64,000 bases of DNA from Flavobacteriales bacterium (GCA_016700415.1 CP065018.1:3765284-3829283), one strand, 5' to 3'; positions 19,351-29,824 are shown, counted from the first letter of the stretch. A program made the numbers and translations. Notes: generated by a model from the letters alone, not told the origin.

Positions 19351-20526
19351 TCAACCCAGCGCGGCAACGGCCTTTGCGATGCGGTCCAGGGCCTCGGTGA
19401 GCATTTGGTCGCTGGTGGCATAGCTGATCCGAACGGTGCCGGGCGCACCGAAGGAATCCCCTTCCACCAAGCTGACACCGTGGTCCAGCAGGTACATGGA
19501 CAGCTCGGTGCTGTTGGTGATCTTTCCCTTGAAATTGCTGGAGACATCGGGCAGCACATAGAACGCGCCGTCCGGTGTGGTGCATTTCCAGCCGGGCACT
19601 TTTTCCAGGCCCTTCAGCACCAGATCGCGGCGGCGTTTGAAGACGCTTCGAAGGCCGCCGATCACAGCCGGGTCCGCTTCCACGCACGCCTTGGCCACGC
19701 GCTGTGCGATCCCGTTGGCGGCGCTGGTGAACTGCCCTTGCACTTTGTTGGCCGCTTCCACGATGGCCAGCGGCGCGCCGATATAACCGATGCGCCAGCC
19801 CGTGAGCGCGAAGGCTTTCGAAAGGCCGTTCACCGTGATGGTCCGTTCCAACATGCCGGGCACGGTGCCGATGGAACGGTGCGTGCCGCTGAAGTCGATG
19901 TGCTCGTAGATCTCATCGCTCAGTACGAAAAGTTCGGGCCATTTCAGCACCACGGCCGCGAGCTCCTCGAGTTCGGCCATGGAAAGCACCGAGCCGCTGG
20001 GGTTGCAGGGCGAGCTGAAGATGAGCAGACGGGTGCGCGGGGTGATCGCGGCAGCGATGCGCGCGATCGGCGGCTTGTAGTTTTCTTCCAACGTGCTGGG
20101 CACCAGTACGGGCGTGGCACCGGCAAAACGGACCTGTGCCTCATAGCTGACCCAGAACGGGGCGGGGATCACCACCTCGTCGCCGGGGCCGGCCAAGGCG
20201 AGGATCACGTTCATGATGCTCTGCTTGGCCCCGGTGCTCACCATCACCTGTTCCGGTGCATAGTCCAGCCCGTTGTCGCGCTTGAACTTGTGTGCGATGG
20301 CCGCGCGGACGTCCATGTAACCCATCACCGGCGGGTACTTGTTCCACTTGTTTTCCGTGATGGCCTGCTTGGCCGCTTCGATGGCGAATGCGGGCGGGTC
20401 CTGGTCCGGTTCGCCGAGGCTGAGGTCGATGATGTCCTTGCCTTGGGCACGCAACTCACGGGCGCGGCGGGCCATCAACAGGGTGGCGGACTCGGTCATA
20501 GAGCGGACAACGGGGGACAATTGCAT
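19351..20526 (-). CDS. aspC: aspartate/aromatic aminotransferase (class I PLP-dependent)
   Basis: MQLSPVVRSMTESATLLMARRARELRAQGKDIIDLSLGEPD..., SKAFALTGWRIGY (PLP lysine); start at 20524-20526 inside track ORF. Confidence 0.8.
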   Translation of the reverse strand: MQLSPVVRSMTESATLLMARRARELRAQGKDIIDLSLGEPDQDPPAFAIEAAKQAITENKWNKYPPVMGYMDVRAAIAHKFKRDNGLDYAPEQVMVSTGAKQSIMNVILALAGPGDEVVIPAPFWVSYEAQVRFAGATPVLVPSTLEENYKPPIARIAAAITPRTRLLIFSSPCNPSGSVLSMAELEELAAVVLKWPELFVLSDEIYEHIDFSGTHRSIGTVPGMLERTITVNGLSKAFALTGWRIGYIGAPLAIVEAANKVQGQFTSAANGIAQRVAKACVEADPAVIGGLRSVFKRRRDLVLKGLEKVPGWKCTTPDGAFYVLPDVSSNFKGKITNSTELSMYLLDHGVSLVEGDSFGAPGTVRISYATSDQMLTEALDRIAKAVAALG

Positions 20527-20619
20527 GCGCGGAAATGGATTCGGGGCCGGAACGGCTGGATCATACGAGGCCGCGAAATTAGCCGTTAGGCTGGAAGAAG
20601 GTCCGGGCCATGGTTGTAA

Positions 20620-20780
20620 TACCATTTAGACATAGAGAACGATCCAACCTGCTTGTTCTTTTCCCGCATTACTTCTCCGAATGGATCGTCCCGTAGCTAC
20701 GGCTATGCAACAATCCATTCGGATCGTACTGCGAAAAAATAACGGCGCATCTTCGGACTGTTCTCTATGTCCAAATGGTA
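20620..20780. mobile_element. MITE-like element (161 bp) with 21-bp TIRs (1 mismatch), nested internal palindromes and TAA flanking duplication
   Basis: TACCATTTAGACATAGAGAAC (20620-20640) vs GTTCTCTATGTCCAAATGGTA (20760-20780); flanking TAA at 20617-19 and 20781-83; inner 10-bp stem CCGAATGGAT/ATCCATTCGG (20677-20722) enclosing perfect palindrome CCGTAGCTACGG (20691-20702). Confidence 0.55.
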
Positions 20781-20844
20781 TAAGTACCGACCGTTATTCG
20801 TTGGATCAGGTCTTCCGCCCGAACTTCGCCGCAAACATTTCCGC

Positions 20845-21384
20845 ATGACCGGTGATCAATTGTACCAAGTGCTGCTGACCCTGCTGCCCTCCATCGTGGT
20901 CTTCCTCACGGCCTACTACCTGCTGCGGCAGCTGCTGGGGTCGCGCAACAGCGCGGAGAACAACCAGATCATGGCGGAGGCGAAACGCGAGGACCGCAAG
21001 CAAACCCTTCCTCTGCGCTTGCAAGCGTACGAGCGGCTGACCTTATTCCTCGAACGGATCGCACCGGGGGCCTTGGTCTTCCGAGTCCACAAGAACAACA
21101 TGACCGCACGGATGCTGCATGCGGAGCTTTTGGCCACGGTTCGCGAGGAATTTGAGCACAACGTGACGCAGCAGGTCTACGTGAGCGACCGGGCGTGGCA
21201 GCAGGTGAAGATGGCCAAGGAGGAGACCCTGCGCATCATCAACATCGCGGCGGAAGGCTTGGGCGATACGGCCAACGGAACAGCGCTCAGCCAGCGGGTG
21301 TTCGAAACGGCAGGCAAGCTCTCCCACCTGCCCACGCAACAGGCGATCGCGGCGCTGAAGGAAGAGGTGCGGAAGTTGTTTTAA
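20845..21384 (+). CDS. hypothetical membrane-anchored protein
   Basis: MTGDQLYQVLLTLLPSIVVFLTAYYLLRQLLG (single TM) then charged/coiled region; track start 20767 lies inside the right TIR of the MITE-like element, so 20845 preferred. Confidence 0.45.
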   Translation: MTGDQLYQVLLTLLPSIVVFLTAYYLLRQLLGSRNSAENNQIMAEAKREDRKQTLPLRLQAYERLTLFLERIAPGALVFRVHKNNMTARMLHAELLATVREEFEHNVTQQVYVSDRAWQQVKMAKEETLRIINIAAEGLGDTANGTALSQRVFETAGKLSHLPTQQAIAALKEEVRKLF

Positions 21385-21448
21385 GAAACCGGTGAATGGT
21401 GATCGGACGGCTGCCGACTGCTACTGCCGACTGCCAACTCATCAAGAC

Positions 21449-22444
21449 TCACGACTTCCCCCGGTATCTCTTCAGCAATTCCTCCGCGGCATCAAAAGGT
21501 CCGATCGCACCTGAGCGCACCCGGCCCTCCATGTCAGGCAGAAGTTGCGCTATCGTTGGGTCGTTGTAGAAACCATCGATAAGATCCTCCTCGATCGCGG
21601 CACGCATCCACCATTGGTCCTGTTCGCGGCGGCGCAGTTGTTGGTGCCCGCTTTGGAGGTCACGGACTGCGGCTACTTCCAGCGCCTGGGCCAGTTCGGG
21701 GATTCCTTTTTCGGTGGTTGCGGAACAGAGCAGCACGGGCGGGCGCACGCCATTGTCGCGCGGCGGAAGCAATGCGATGGCCTGCCGGAGATCCATGGCG
21801 GCGCGGTGGTTGCGTTGGTCGTTGTCGCCGTCGGTCTTGGTAATGGCGATGAGGTCCGCCGCCTCCATGATCCCGCGTTTGATGCCTTGTAGGCCATCCC
21901 CGGCCCCGCCGATCATCAGCAGCAGGTTGAGGTCGGTGAGGTGGTCCACGGCCGCCTCGCTCTGGCCCACGCCCACTGTTTCGATCAGGATGCGGTCATA
22001 GCCTGCGGCCTCGCACAGGATCACTGCCTCCCGCGTACGGCGCGCCACGCCGCCGAGGGTGCCGCTGGTGGGACTGGGGCGGATGAAGGCGTTCGGATCC
22101 GCAGCCAATCGTTCCATGCGCGTCTTGTCACCGAGGATGCTGCCACCACCGCGGGTGCTGCTGGGGTCGATGGCGAGCACGGCCACGTGATGTCCCTGCG
22201 TCACCAAGTGGCTTCCCAGCACATCGATCAGTGTGCTTTTTCCCACGCCGGGGATCCCGGTGATGCCGATCCGCACCGCAAGCGTCCCGACTTTCAGTGC
22301 TGCCGCGATCAGTTCCCGGGCCGCAGGGCGATCGGCGGGACGCGTGCTTTCCACAAGCGTGATCGCACGTCCCAAGGCAACACGGTCGCGGTCGCGCAAC
22401 CGGTTCAGCAGATCTTGCGGAGAGCCGTCGAACACGTCGCTCAT
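21449..22444 (-). CDS. meaB: methylmalonyl-CoA mutase-associated GTPase MeaB (ArgK-like)
   Basis: GITGIPGVGKSTLID (P-loop), ...ILIETVGVGQSE..., ITKTDGDN; SIMIBI-class G3E GTPase. Confidence 0.8.
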   Translation of the reverse strand: MSDVFDGSPQDLLNRLRDRDRVALGRAITLVESTRPADRPAARELIAAALKVGTLAVRIGITGIPGVGKSTLIDVLGSHLVTQGHHVAVLAIDPSSTRGGGSILGDKTRMERLAADPNAFIRPSPTSGTLGGVARRTREAVILCEAAGYDRILIETVGVGQSEAAVDHLTDLNLLLMIGGAGDGLQGIKRGIMEAADLIAITKTDGDNDQRNHRAAMDLRQAIALLPPRDNGVRPPVLLCSATTEKGIPELAQALEVAAVRDLQSGHQQLRRREQDQWWMRAAIEEDLIDGFYNDPTIAQLLPDMEGRVRSGAIGPFDAAEELLKRYRGKS

Positions 22445-22998
22445 CCTCCGTTCCGGTATTTGACCACCCATTCCCGGATACCCATGTCATGCAACAAGCG
22501 GAACATCTGGGGGCCGATCACCAGGTCGGTGGTGTAGCGCATGCCATATCCGTTCAGGATCTCCATTTGGCGTTCACTGGGGGAGAGCGGTTTTTCGCTC
22601 CATCCTTTTGCCATCTGCCGGCCATTGTCCACCTTCAGCGGAAATTCCCAGTAGCGCAGTTTCCACAGGTCGCTGAGCGTGCTGCAATCGGTGAGGAAAC
22701 CCATCGCGGCGCTGTCCGGCGGGAGCGTGCATTGCTTCACGTCGTATTTGCGGAAGAGGTCGTCCGCGTCGGGGTTGGCGGTGCAGAAGGCGCGGCCCTG
22801 TGCTTGGCGGATGAAGTTCTCCCGTGTCAGGGGGCGGCTCTCCACTACTTCCCCGTCCTTCACTTTCACGAGGAAAAGACAGAAAAGCTGCCCGTCGGTG
22901 GAAGGGGAGAGGCTCAGTGCGAATTGATGGTCCACAGTGGATTGCGCACCCGCGATGAAAGGGAAGCAGCAGGCGAGGGCGAGGAGAAGTGTGCGCAT
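22441..22998 (-). CDS. hypothetical secreted protein
   Basis: MRTLLLALACCFPFIAGAQS signal peptide; no recognised domain. Confidence 0.45.
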   Translation of the reverse strand: MRTLLLALACCFPFIAGAQSTVDHQFALSLSPSTDGQLFCLFLVKVKDGEVVESRPLTRENFIRQAQGRAFCTANPDADDLFRKYDVKQCTLPPDSAAMGFLTDCSTLSDLWKLRYWEFPLKVDNGRQMAKGWSEKPLSPSERQMEILNGYGMRYTTDLVIGPQMFRLLHDMGIREWVVKYRNGG

Positions 22999-23217
22999 CG
23001 TGTTGGCGAAAGTACCGATGCGCGGTGTTGCGTCCAGATCGCCTTTGTGCATCCGATCAATTCGCAGGCTTTCGTTCGGCCTCCTCCTTCACCGCACCTG
23101 TGCATTCTTCCGGATATCCGGCAGCACGGTCACTACCATGTGTTGCTGCCCCCTCTATAGGTGTGAGCCGGCCATGGGCGTGGTCCGGGGATCTGTTCCT
23201 AAGGGAGATAGCCGGGT

Positions 23218-23781
23218 TCAGAGCACATCCTTCAACGGGGTGAGCAGCGAATAGACCATGGAGTCGACGAAGACGCCATTGGAGTAATAATTCTGCTTGA
23301 AATGGGCTTCCTTGACGAAGCCGTTGCGCTCCAGCACCTGGATGGAAGCTGTATTGTCCGGTTTCACACCGGCCTCCACGCTGTGCAGCCCCATCTTGTG
23401 GAAGCCGTAGTCCAAGGTGGCCGTTACCGCTTCGGTCATCAGGCCCTGCCCCCAGAGGTCGGGGTGGAGGGCGTAACCGATCTCGGCCCGGTAGTGTTCT
23501 TTCAGGATCCGCCAAAAGCCGATGTAGCCCATGACTTTTTCGGATCCCTTCACGGTGATGCCCCACAGGATGGAGTCGCCCTGCAAGGCCGCGTAATGGA
23601 GATCACGGATCATCTTCAGGGCCTCATCCTTGTGTGTGGCCAGCGGTTTGGGGATGAAGCGCATCACGGCCGGGTTTGCCCGCAGCTGGAAGATGGCGGG
23701 GGCATCCGATCCCACGAGCGCGCGCAAAAGCAGCCTAGGCGTGGTCAGTTCAGGGATCTGCGTGAAGTCCGGGCGCAGCAT
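23218..23781 (-). CDS. GNAT-family N-acetyltransferase (RimJ/RimL-like)
   Basis: TTPRLLLRALVGSDAPAIFQLRANPAVMRF...AEIGYALHPDLWGQGLMTEAVTATLDYGF...LHSVEAGVKPDNTASIQVLERNGF. Confidence 0.8.
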   Translation of the reverse strand: MLRPDFTQIPELTTPRLLLRALVGSDAPAIFQLRANPAVMRFIPKPLATHKDEALKMIRDLHYAALQGDSILWGITVKGSEKVMGYIGFWRILKEHYRAEIGYALHPDLWGQGLMTEAVTATLDYGFHKMGLHSVEAGVKPDNTASIQVLERNGFVKEAHFKQNYYSNGVFVDSMVYSLLTPLKDVL

Positions 23782-23849
23782 GTGCACAAGGTAGATCATC
23801 GCTTGCTCCGCTGTTCGCCGGAAAACTCAGGCTACCGTAGTTTGGCACC

Positions 23850-24974
23850 ATGAACGGATGGAAAGCAAAGGTCTGCAAAGCCGCATTGGCGGTGTTGGCC
23901 ACCGGGGCGTTCGCAAGTTCCTTGACGGCGAAGGAATACGTTGTACCTAAAGGTGATGTGGGGAAATGGTTCGCAACGCTTCCGGATGATGCGACATCGG
24001 TGGTCTTTTCCGCGGAAGCGAAATACCATAGCAGCGGGGATATCGTGCTGCCGCTAAGACTGCTCTTGGTGATCGACGGCAAGGGATGTGAACTGACGTT
24101 GGGCGCGGCGTCCAATGGTTTCACGTACGACATTAAGAACATGAAGGAGGCGATGCGCCGCACGGGCTGCCGCTATGTGATCAAGGATTTCGGTCGGATC
24201 ACCGGCGGACGGAAGGCGATCGACCTCAAGGCCACCTTGGGGAGCGTTGTGGAGAACTGTGAGCTGGTCTCCCAGACGGAGGCCGCGATCGATCTGCGGT
24301 TTTGCCTGATGGCGACCCTGCGGAACATCCTGGTGACCCACCCCAAGTACACGGGGATCGTGCTCCGGCAGGGGGATTGGCCGGGTGCCACGGGCACCAA
24401 CAGCCAATGCAATAGCAGCGTGCTGGAGCAATGCCGCGTGTACTGCGCCAAGACCACTTCAGCGGCCTTCACCATCCTCAACAGCGGCGGTGTGCGCATG
24501 ACCGATTGCGTCTCCGAGGGCGGCCCTTCGGATTATGACATCTTCCTCAGCTCAACGCTGGGCGGGAATGAGGACAAGCCGGCGAACAATCCGGTGGTGA
24601 AATCCTTCATGCTGTCGAACTTCCATGTGGAGCATCACGTCCGTAAAGCGTCGATCTATGTGAACATGCCGGCGCAGAGCGTCGTGGACCTGAAGAACGT
24701 GTACTGGAACGGGGTCCAGAAAGTGCCGGTCATCCTGTACACGATGGGCCAGTTGAATATTTCAGACATCGGATGGTGGGCACAGGGGAATTGGATCGGG
24801 ACGCGGATAAGCACACCGAGGATGAACATCTCAGGGGCGCACAGCGGTTTGATCGTAGGTGACGGAAAGACCGTGAAGGAGAACCAGGCCGGGGTGCTTC
24901 GCTTGACCGATCCGCTACCCGGCAATACGGAACTCAACCTGAAGTACGTGCGGGTGAGAATGAAGTCGATGTGA
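23850..24974 (+). CDS. hypothetical secreted protein, cysteine-rich
   Basis: 374 aa; signal peptide MNGWKAKVCKAALAVLATGAFASSLTA; no recognisable domain. Confidence 0.5.
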   Translation: MNGWKAKVCKAALAVLATGAFASSLTAKEYVVPKGDVGKWFATLPDDATSVVFSAEAKYHSSGDIVLPLRLLLVIDGKGCELTLGAASNGFTYDIKNMKEAMRRTGCRYVIKDFGRITGGRKAIDLKATLGSVVENCELVSQTEAAIDLRFCLMATLRNILVTHPKYTGIVLRQGDWPGATGTNSQCNSSVLEQCRVYCAKTTSAAFTILNSGGVRMTDCVSEGGPSDYDIFLSSTLGGNEDKPANNPVVKSFMLSNFHVEHHVRKASIYVNMPAQSVVDLKNVYWNGVQKVPVILYTMGQLNISDIGWWAQGNWIGTRISTPRMNISGAHSGLIVGDGKTVKENQAGVLRLTDPLPGNTELNLKYVRVRMKSM

Positions 24975-24984
24975 GCGGCATTGA

Positions 24985-25930
24985 TCACCCATGGTACACC
25001 CGTGAGGCTATGATCAACCCGTCGCGCACCTCCAGTAATTCGCCCACGATCATATCATCCTCGCCCTCCACGTGCCGGATGTATTCCATGAACACGGCCT
25101 CCTCGTCGGCCAGCCAGTAGGTGCGTTCATAGCGCAGTGAGGGCAGGCGGTCGAAGGCATCCCGCCACCAATGGCGCAAGGCCTCCTTCCCGACGATGTA
25201 ACCCTTGGTCTCCGGTCGGCGCACTTTCAGCTTCGGGCTATAGTGGCGGGCATCATCGGCGTAAAGCGCGAGCAGCTTATCGAGGTCGTGCGCGTTGAAG
25301 GCGGCAAACCACTGATCAGCGATCAGCGAATTCTTCTTGCACTCCTCCTTCACGACCTCCGTCCGTCCCTGGTCCACCCGTGACGTGCTATCGGTCCGCC
25401 CGAACAGCAGTGTGTCCGTGAATGCTCCGTTCTGGTACGTGTCTTCCTTCAGATGTCCCTCCTGAATAAATCCGTTCCGCTCCAGTACCCGGATCGATCC
25501 CATGTTTTCCGGGCCTACGCCAGCTTCGATGCTATGGAACCCGAGGGTGTCGAACGCATGCCGTACCACAACGTCGACCGCTTCGCTCATGATGCCTTGA
25601 CCCCAATATGGACGGACGAGCGCATAACCCAGCTCGGTCCTGAAATGCTCCTTCTTCATCCGCAATAGGCAAATGATGCCAATGAGGTCCGTGGAAGGGC
25701 GCAAGGTGATCGCCCAGGCCAACATCTTCCCGTCACGCTGGTCGGCATGGATCTTCGCGATGTGCTCCTCCGCGTCCCCCAGCGAGGTAGCCAGCGGCGT
25801 CGGTATATGTGCCATGGTCCGCCTGTCAGATCGAATGGCCATGACGGCGGCCCGATCGGTGTCAAGAATGGGCCGTAAGCGGAGACGTTCCGTTTCCAGG
25901 GTGGGGATCGACTTAAAGTCAAGGTTCAGC
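24985..25930 (-). CDS. GNAT N-acetyltransferase fused to C-terminal SnoaL/NTF2-like domain
   Basis: ETERLRLRPILDTDRAAVMAIRSD...TELGYALVRPYWGQGIMSEAVDVVVRHAFDTLGFHSIEAGVGPENMGSIRVLERNGF then ...ADQWFAAFNAHDLDKLLALYADDARHYSP...VGELLEVRDGLIIASRVYHG; start at MLNLDFK (25928-25930). Confidence 0.7.
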
Positions 25931-26154
25931 ATGGCGCAGCGCGAAGTTACCGGCGTACCGATCATGGACCGGATCTTCGAGGCCGCTTCGCGGATCACTG
26001 GCGTTGGGAATAACCACGGTCGCCCTCTATCCCAATTGCCTACAGATCGAAATAAACCTTCCAAGAATCCCCGAAAAGGGGTATTCAATCCATTTTACCC
26101 ACTGAACACGGCCATCACTTATCTTCACCGAATAACCAATCAGAACCCACCAAC

Positions 26155-26526
26155 ATGGCAACCAAGACCGTAGTGAAAGCTGTTGCAGTGAACGCTCGCT
26201 GCCATTCCCCGCTTCACCAACCGAGAAATGGCGTGAGTTCCGGCGGTTCGTCGGAGATCTCGTGGACTTTCAAGGGCACATTTTTCAATGGAACAAGTTG
26301 CGTGGTCGTGATCGAAGCCGGGAAGGATCGAAGCGCCACGGCCTGCAAGGTGAACGAAGCCGGCTCCGGTGGCATCTTTCCCGCAAGGACCGACGGTGCA
26401 TTCTGCGAGCTCACCCTGGACCACAGTGATCTGGACAACTGGACCGTATCCGTGGCCACCGACAAGGATGTTGCAGCGACAAAGGAGGTGATATTCAAAG
26501 GCGGGACCGGAGGAGGAGGTCTTTAA
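26155..26526 (+). CDS. hypothetical small protein
   Basis: 123 aa, Gly-rich C-terminus (KGGTGGGGL); 6 bp upstream of cyclase gene, possibly co-transcribed. Confidence 0.35.
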   Translation: MATKTVVKAVAVNARCHSPLHQPRNGVSSGGSSEISWTFKGTFFNGTSCVVVIEAGKDRSATACKVNEAGSGGIFPARTDGAFCELTLDHSDLDNWTVSVATDKDVAATKEVIFKGGTGGGGL

Positions 26527-26532
26527 CACCTG

Positions 26533-28338
26533 ATGTGTTCGTTGCCACGCGGGAGCCTTGTTTCGGTCGCGGTATGCGGGTTGCTCGCGTGCCATGGGCA
26601 ATCCGTGAACGGACCTCACACAAAGATCTGGGCGGACAGTTCCTTGACCGCGCTCAAGAACGATAAGGACCGGGACCCGGAGGCCGCGATCGCCACGACC
26701 GGACAATTGATCAGTATCTACTCGGCAAGCAAGGATCCGTGCGCGTTGGCGGAAGTCAATGGGTTGCGTAGCACGAGCTTCGCGGATATTGGCAAGTTGG
26801 ATTCGGCCATGGCCTGTGCGCACCGGGCCTTGGAAGGCTTCCGGTCTGGATGCGACAGCTTAGTGCTGATGCGCGGTCTGGTGGCCCTGAGCTACCTCAA
26901 TTTGAAATTGGACGAATACCATCGTGTGGACTCCATTTGCGATATCGGGCTGGCGCTTTGGGACCCGACTTGGCGGCCGACGGTCCTGCGCCATGCATTT
27001 CTCACGAACAAAGCCATCGCTGCCGCACGAAAGGGAGACCTTCCGGTCGCGGAGACCGCCTTCCGGACCATTCTGCAATTGGCTACGGCAGAGGGAGAAC
27101 AACAGGACATGTATGACGCCATCGCGAACTTCGGGGCGGTCAAATCCTTGCAGGGCCAAATTGACAGCGCGGAATTCTACTACCGCATCGGATTGTCCCG
27201 TGCCCTGGCCCATGGGCAGAAAGGCCGGATCGCGCAGGGCTATAACAACCTCGCCATTTTGTCCAAGCGCAAGAAGGACCATCGGCGGGCGATCATGCTT
27301 CTGGACTCTGCCCTGATCTATGCGGATGCCGCAAAGGATCTTTCCTCGCGATCGATGATCCATTACCAGTTGGCGGAGAATTATGAGGCACTGGGGAATT
27401 ATCGGAACGCATACGAGCAAGCCAATCTACGCTATGATCTGAACGACAGCTTGCTGAGCGAGGAGAAGGTGAAGACCCTGGCGGAGATGCAGGCGAAGTA
27501 CCAGAACGCCAAGCAGGACAAGGAGATCAGCTCGTTGCGGGCGGAAGCACTTCAGGCGGAGCTGGACAAGGGCAAGGTGAAACGCACACGGAACATCTTC
27601 CTCTTCATCGGCTTAGGTGTCTTAGGCCTTGTGGTCGCGCTTTTGAGCCGGTTGCGCTACATCAACCGGACGAGCAAGGCCATGCAAAAGGAAAAGGTCA
27701 TCTCCGAGTCGCTCCTGCACAACATCCTGCCGGAAGAGGTGGCGGACGAGATCAAAGCCAAGGGCTACGCGGACGTACATGAGTTCGAGAAGGCCACCAT
27801 CCTCTTCACCGATTTCAAGGGCTTCACCGAGATGACCGAGCGCATGCGTGCCCCGGAATTGGTGGCGGAGATCGACCATTGCTTCAAGGCCTTCGACGGC
27901 ATCGTGGAGGCGCACAACATCGAGAAGATCAAGACCATCGGCGACGCGTACATGGCGGCAGGCGGCCTGCCGGACGCCCAAAAAGGCGGCCCGGTGCAGG
28001 CTGTGTATGCGGCACTGGAGATGACGGAGTTCATGCGGGCCTACCAAGCACAACGCATCGCCGAAGGCCGCCTCTACTTCGTGATGCGCACGGGGCTCCA
28101 CACCGGCCCGGTGATCGCCGGCATCGTGGGGGTGAAGAAATATGCCTACGACATCTGGGGCGACACGGTGAACGTGGCCAACCGCATGGAGACCACCGGC
28201 GAGATCGGCAAGGTGAACATCAGCCAGACCACCTATGACATGATCAAGGACGAGCAGGGTCTGCGCTTCACCCCGCGCGGGGCGTTGGATGCCAAGGGCA
28301 AGGGCAAGCTGAACATGTACTTCGTGGAACGGGCGTGA
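26533..28338 (+). CDS. class III adenylate/guanylate cyclase with N-terminal TPR repeats and a transmembrane helix
   Basis: TPR-like repeats (AQGYNNLAILSKRKKDHRRAIMLLDSALIYADAAKD...YQLAENYEALGNYRNAYEQ), coiled coil, TM IFLFIGLGVLGLVVALLS, cyclase core ATILFTDFKGFTEMTERM...IKTIGDAYMAAGGLP...GLHTGPVIAGIVGVKKYAYDIWGDTVNVANRMET. Confidence 0.8.
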   Translation: MCSLPRGSLVSVAVCGLLACHGQSVNGPHTKIWADSSLTALKNDKDRDPEAAIATTGQLISIYSASKDPCALAEVNGLRSTSFADIGKLDSAMACAHRALEGFRSGCDSLVLMRGLVALSYLNLKLDEYHRVDSICDIGLALWDPTWRPTVLRHAFLTNKAIAAARKGDLPVAETAFRTILQLATAEGEQQDMYDAIANFGAVKSLQGQIDSAEFYYRIGLSRALAHGQKGRIAQGYNNLAILSKRKKDHRRAIMLLDSALIYADAAKDLSSRSMIHYQLAENYEALGNYRNAYEQANLRYDLNDSLLSEEKVKTLAEMQAKYQNAKQDKEISSLRAEALQAELDKGKVKRTRNIFLFIGLGVLGLVVALLSRLRYINRTSKAMQKEKVISESLLHNILPEEVADEIKAKGYADVHEFEKATILFTDFKGFTEMTERMRAPELVAEIDHCFKAFDGIVEAHNIEKIKTIGDAYMAAGGLPDAQKGGPVQAVYAALEMTEFMRAYQAQRIAEGRLYFVMRTGLHTGPVIAGIVGVKKYAYDIWGDTVNVANRMETTGEIGKVNISQTTYDMIKDEQGLRFTPRGALDAKGKGKLNMYFVERA

Positions 28339-28404
28339 ACGTCGGAACTCCCTGTGTTTCCCCCCGTTTCTGGCGCGAGCATCCGCGTCCGTGCCCCCAA
28401 TACC

Positions 28405-29679
28405 TCAACGAAGTCCTTCGTGCAACTTCCGCAGCAAGGCATCCCTCCGGACCAGATAGGCGTCCATGGCGGCGTCCGTGGTGGTCACGGTCAATCGCAC
28501 GGGCCGCTTGAACCACCGTCCAAGGAATGACGCCCGTCGATAGGCGTAATCGGTGCGTTTACCGTTGTCGTATACAGTGTAAGCCTGGGCCGGCCGCATA
28601 TGGAAGGTGTGCAACAAGTTCTTGTTCCCGAGTTCGAACGATCGAACCACCGCGCTCCGCTGTGAGCGGCCCAGCCCCGCAAGCCGGACCAAGGTGTGGC
28701 CTACCGGCAGCGCCTGCCCGGGCTTGAGACGCGCATGCACCACCTGCCCGCTCGACGCTTGCTGTTCCGAATGCTCAGGCGGCAAGAGTTCCAAGGTACC
28801 GGATGTGTCGTTCATCAGTACATGGGCATCCGTACAGCGTCTGATCAACATGTCCCAAGTGGCTGTGAAGTAACCATGGCCTCCCCAGTGCGTGCCGTAG
28901 GAGTTGATGAAGGTGAAGAGACTGTCGCCGGAATAGCCGGTGCAGACCACGGCATGCCCATATAGAAGGTTCTCATCGCCCGTGTAGTGCCAATGCAGCA
29001 TGCTGTCGCCATTGGTGGCATAGCCGCCGTAGAAGAACGTGGAGTCGGTGACGATCTCCGCGATGATGGGCCGCCCCAGGTCGAGATGGTACTTCCACTG
29101 GTGCAGATCGGTCTTTTCGATGTCCATCAGTTCCGGCCGAAAGCTGATAGCGGCACTGCCCCGGGCCCTCAGCGTAACGGGTTCCTGGCAGGCGTTCAAC
29201 GCGGTGTCGTACGGCATTTGCTCCCATGTGCAGATCCCGTGGGCCGTGGCGAGGCGGACGATGTCCTTGAAATTCACACCGGTGGAGCAGGGGTCGCCGG
29301 CTTCTTGCTTCAGAAGGTTGAAGAGATAGGCCGGGCTGTACGTGGTGCTGGCGTCCGCAGTGTCCAAGGGCGAATAGGTGCGGCCATCGGCGCGGTTCCA
29401 CCAGTAGCTCATGGCGGCATAGCACAAGGACCATGTGGTGCAGGAAGCCTGCCGATGTTGGTTTCCCGGTGGGGGGAACCAACGTGAATTGTCGACACTG
29501 TCCTTCAATTCATAGTGGCTGGGCAATTGGAAATCCGTCTCCAGCGGGAATTCCGGTACGGATCCAGGTTCAGGGATGAGGTTGCCCGAGGTGAAGATCT
29601 GGGCCATGGTGGCCAGCGGTATCGATGCCAGGAGCAGGCATCCCCACCGGAGCGACCTTCCCGGTCGGGAACACGCCAT
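28405..29679 (-). CDS. papain-like cysteine peptidase (C1 family), secreted
   Basis: Signal peptide MACSRPGRSLRWGCLLLASIPLATMAQ; catalytic Cys context PPPGNQHRQASCTTWSLCYAAMSYWW (Q...C..W), downstream His/Asn region GHAVVCTGY...NSYGTHWGGHGY. Confidence 0.7.
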   Translation of the reverse strand: MACSRPGRSLRWGCLLLASIPLATMAQIFTSGNLIPEPGSVPEFPLETDFQLPSHYELKDSVDNSRWFPPPGNQHRQASCTTWSLCYAAMSYWWNRADGRTYSPLDTADASTTYSPAYLFNLLKQEAGDPCSTGVNFKDIVRLATAHGICTWEQMPYDTALNACQEPVTLRARGSAAISFRPELMDIEKTDLHQWKYHLDLGRPIIAEIVTDSTFFYGGYATNGDSMLHWHYTGDENLLYGHAVVCTGYSGDSLFTFINSYGTHWGGHGYFTATWDMLIRRCTDAHVLMNDTSGTLELLPPEHSEQQASSGQVVHARLKPGQALPVGHTLVRLAGLGRSQRSAVVRSFELGNKNLLHTFHMRPAQAYTVYDNGKRTDYAYRRASFLGRWFKRPVRLTVTTTDAAMDAYLVRRDALLRKLHEGLR

Positions 29680-29824
29680 CAGGCCATTAGGGATCTTGGG
29701 CGGCATGAATACGAAGCTATGCCATTCCCGGCATGTCCGATCTCCCCATCAGATGGTATCGAGCGGTGGCTCCGAAGGCGTGCTCGGCGCGATGGCCGTT
29801 CTTTGCGCCCCGAAAAGCAACCGC

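Noticed and set aside
26533-28338. Pycsar/CBASS-type defence cyclase
   Set aside because: Cyclase has TPR sensor plus membrane anchor typical of signalling class III adenylate cyclases; no adjacent effector with TIR/TM/cNMP-binding domain
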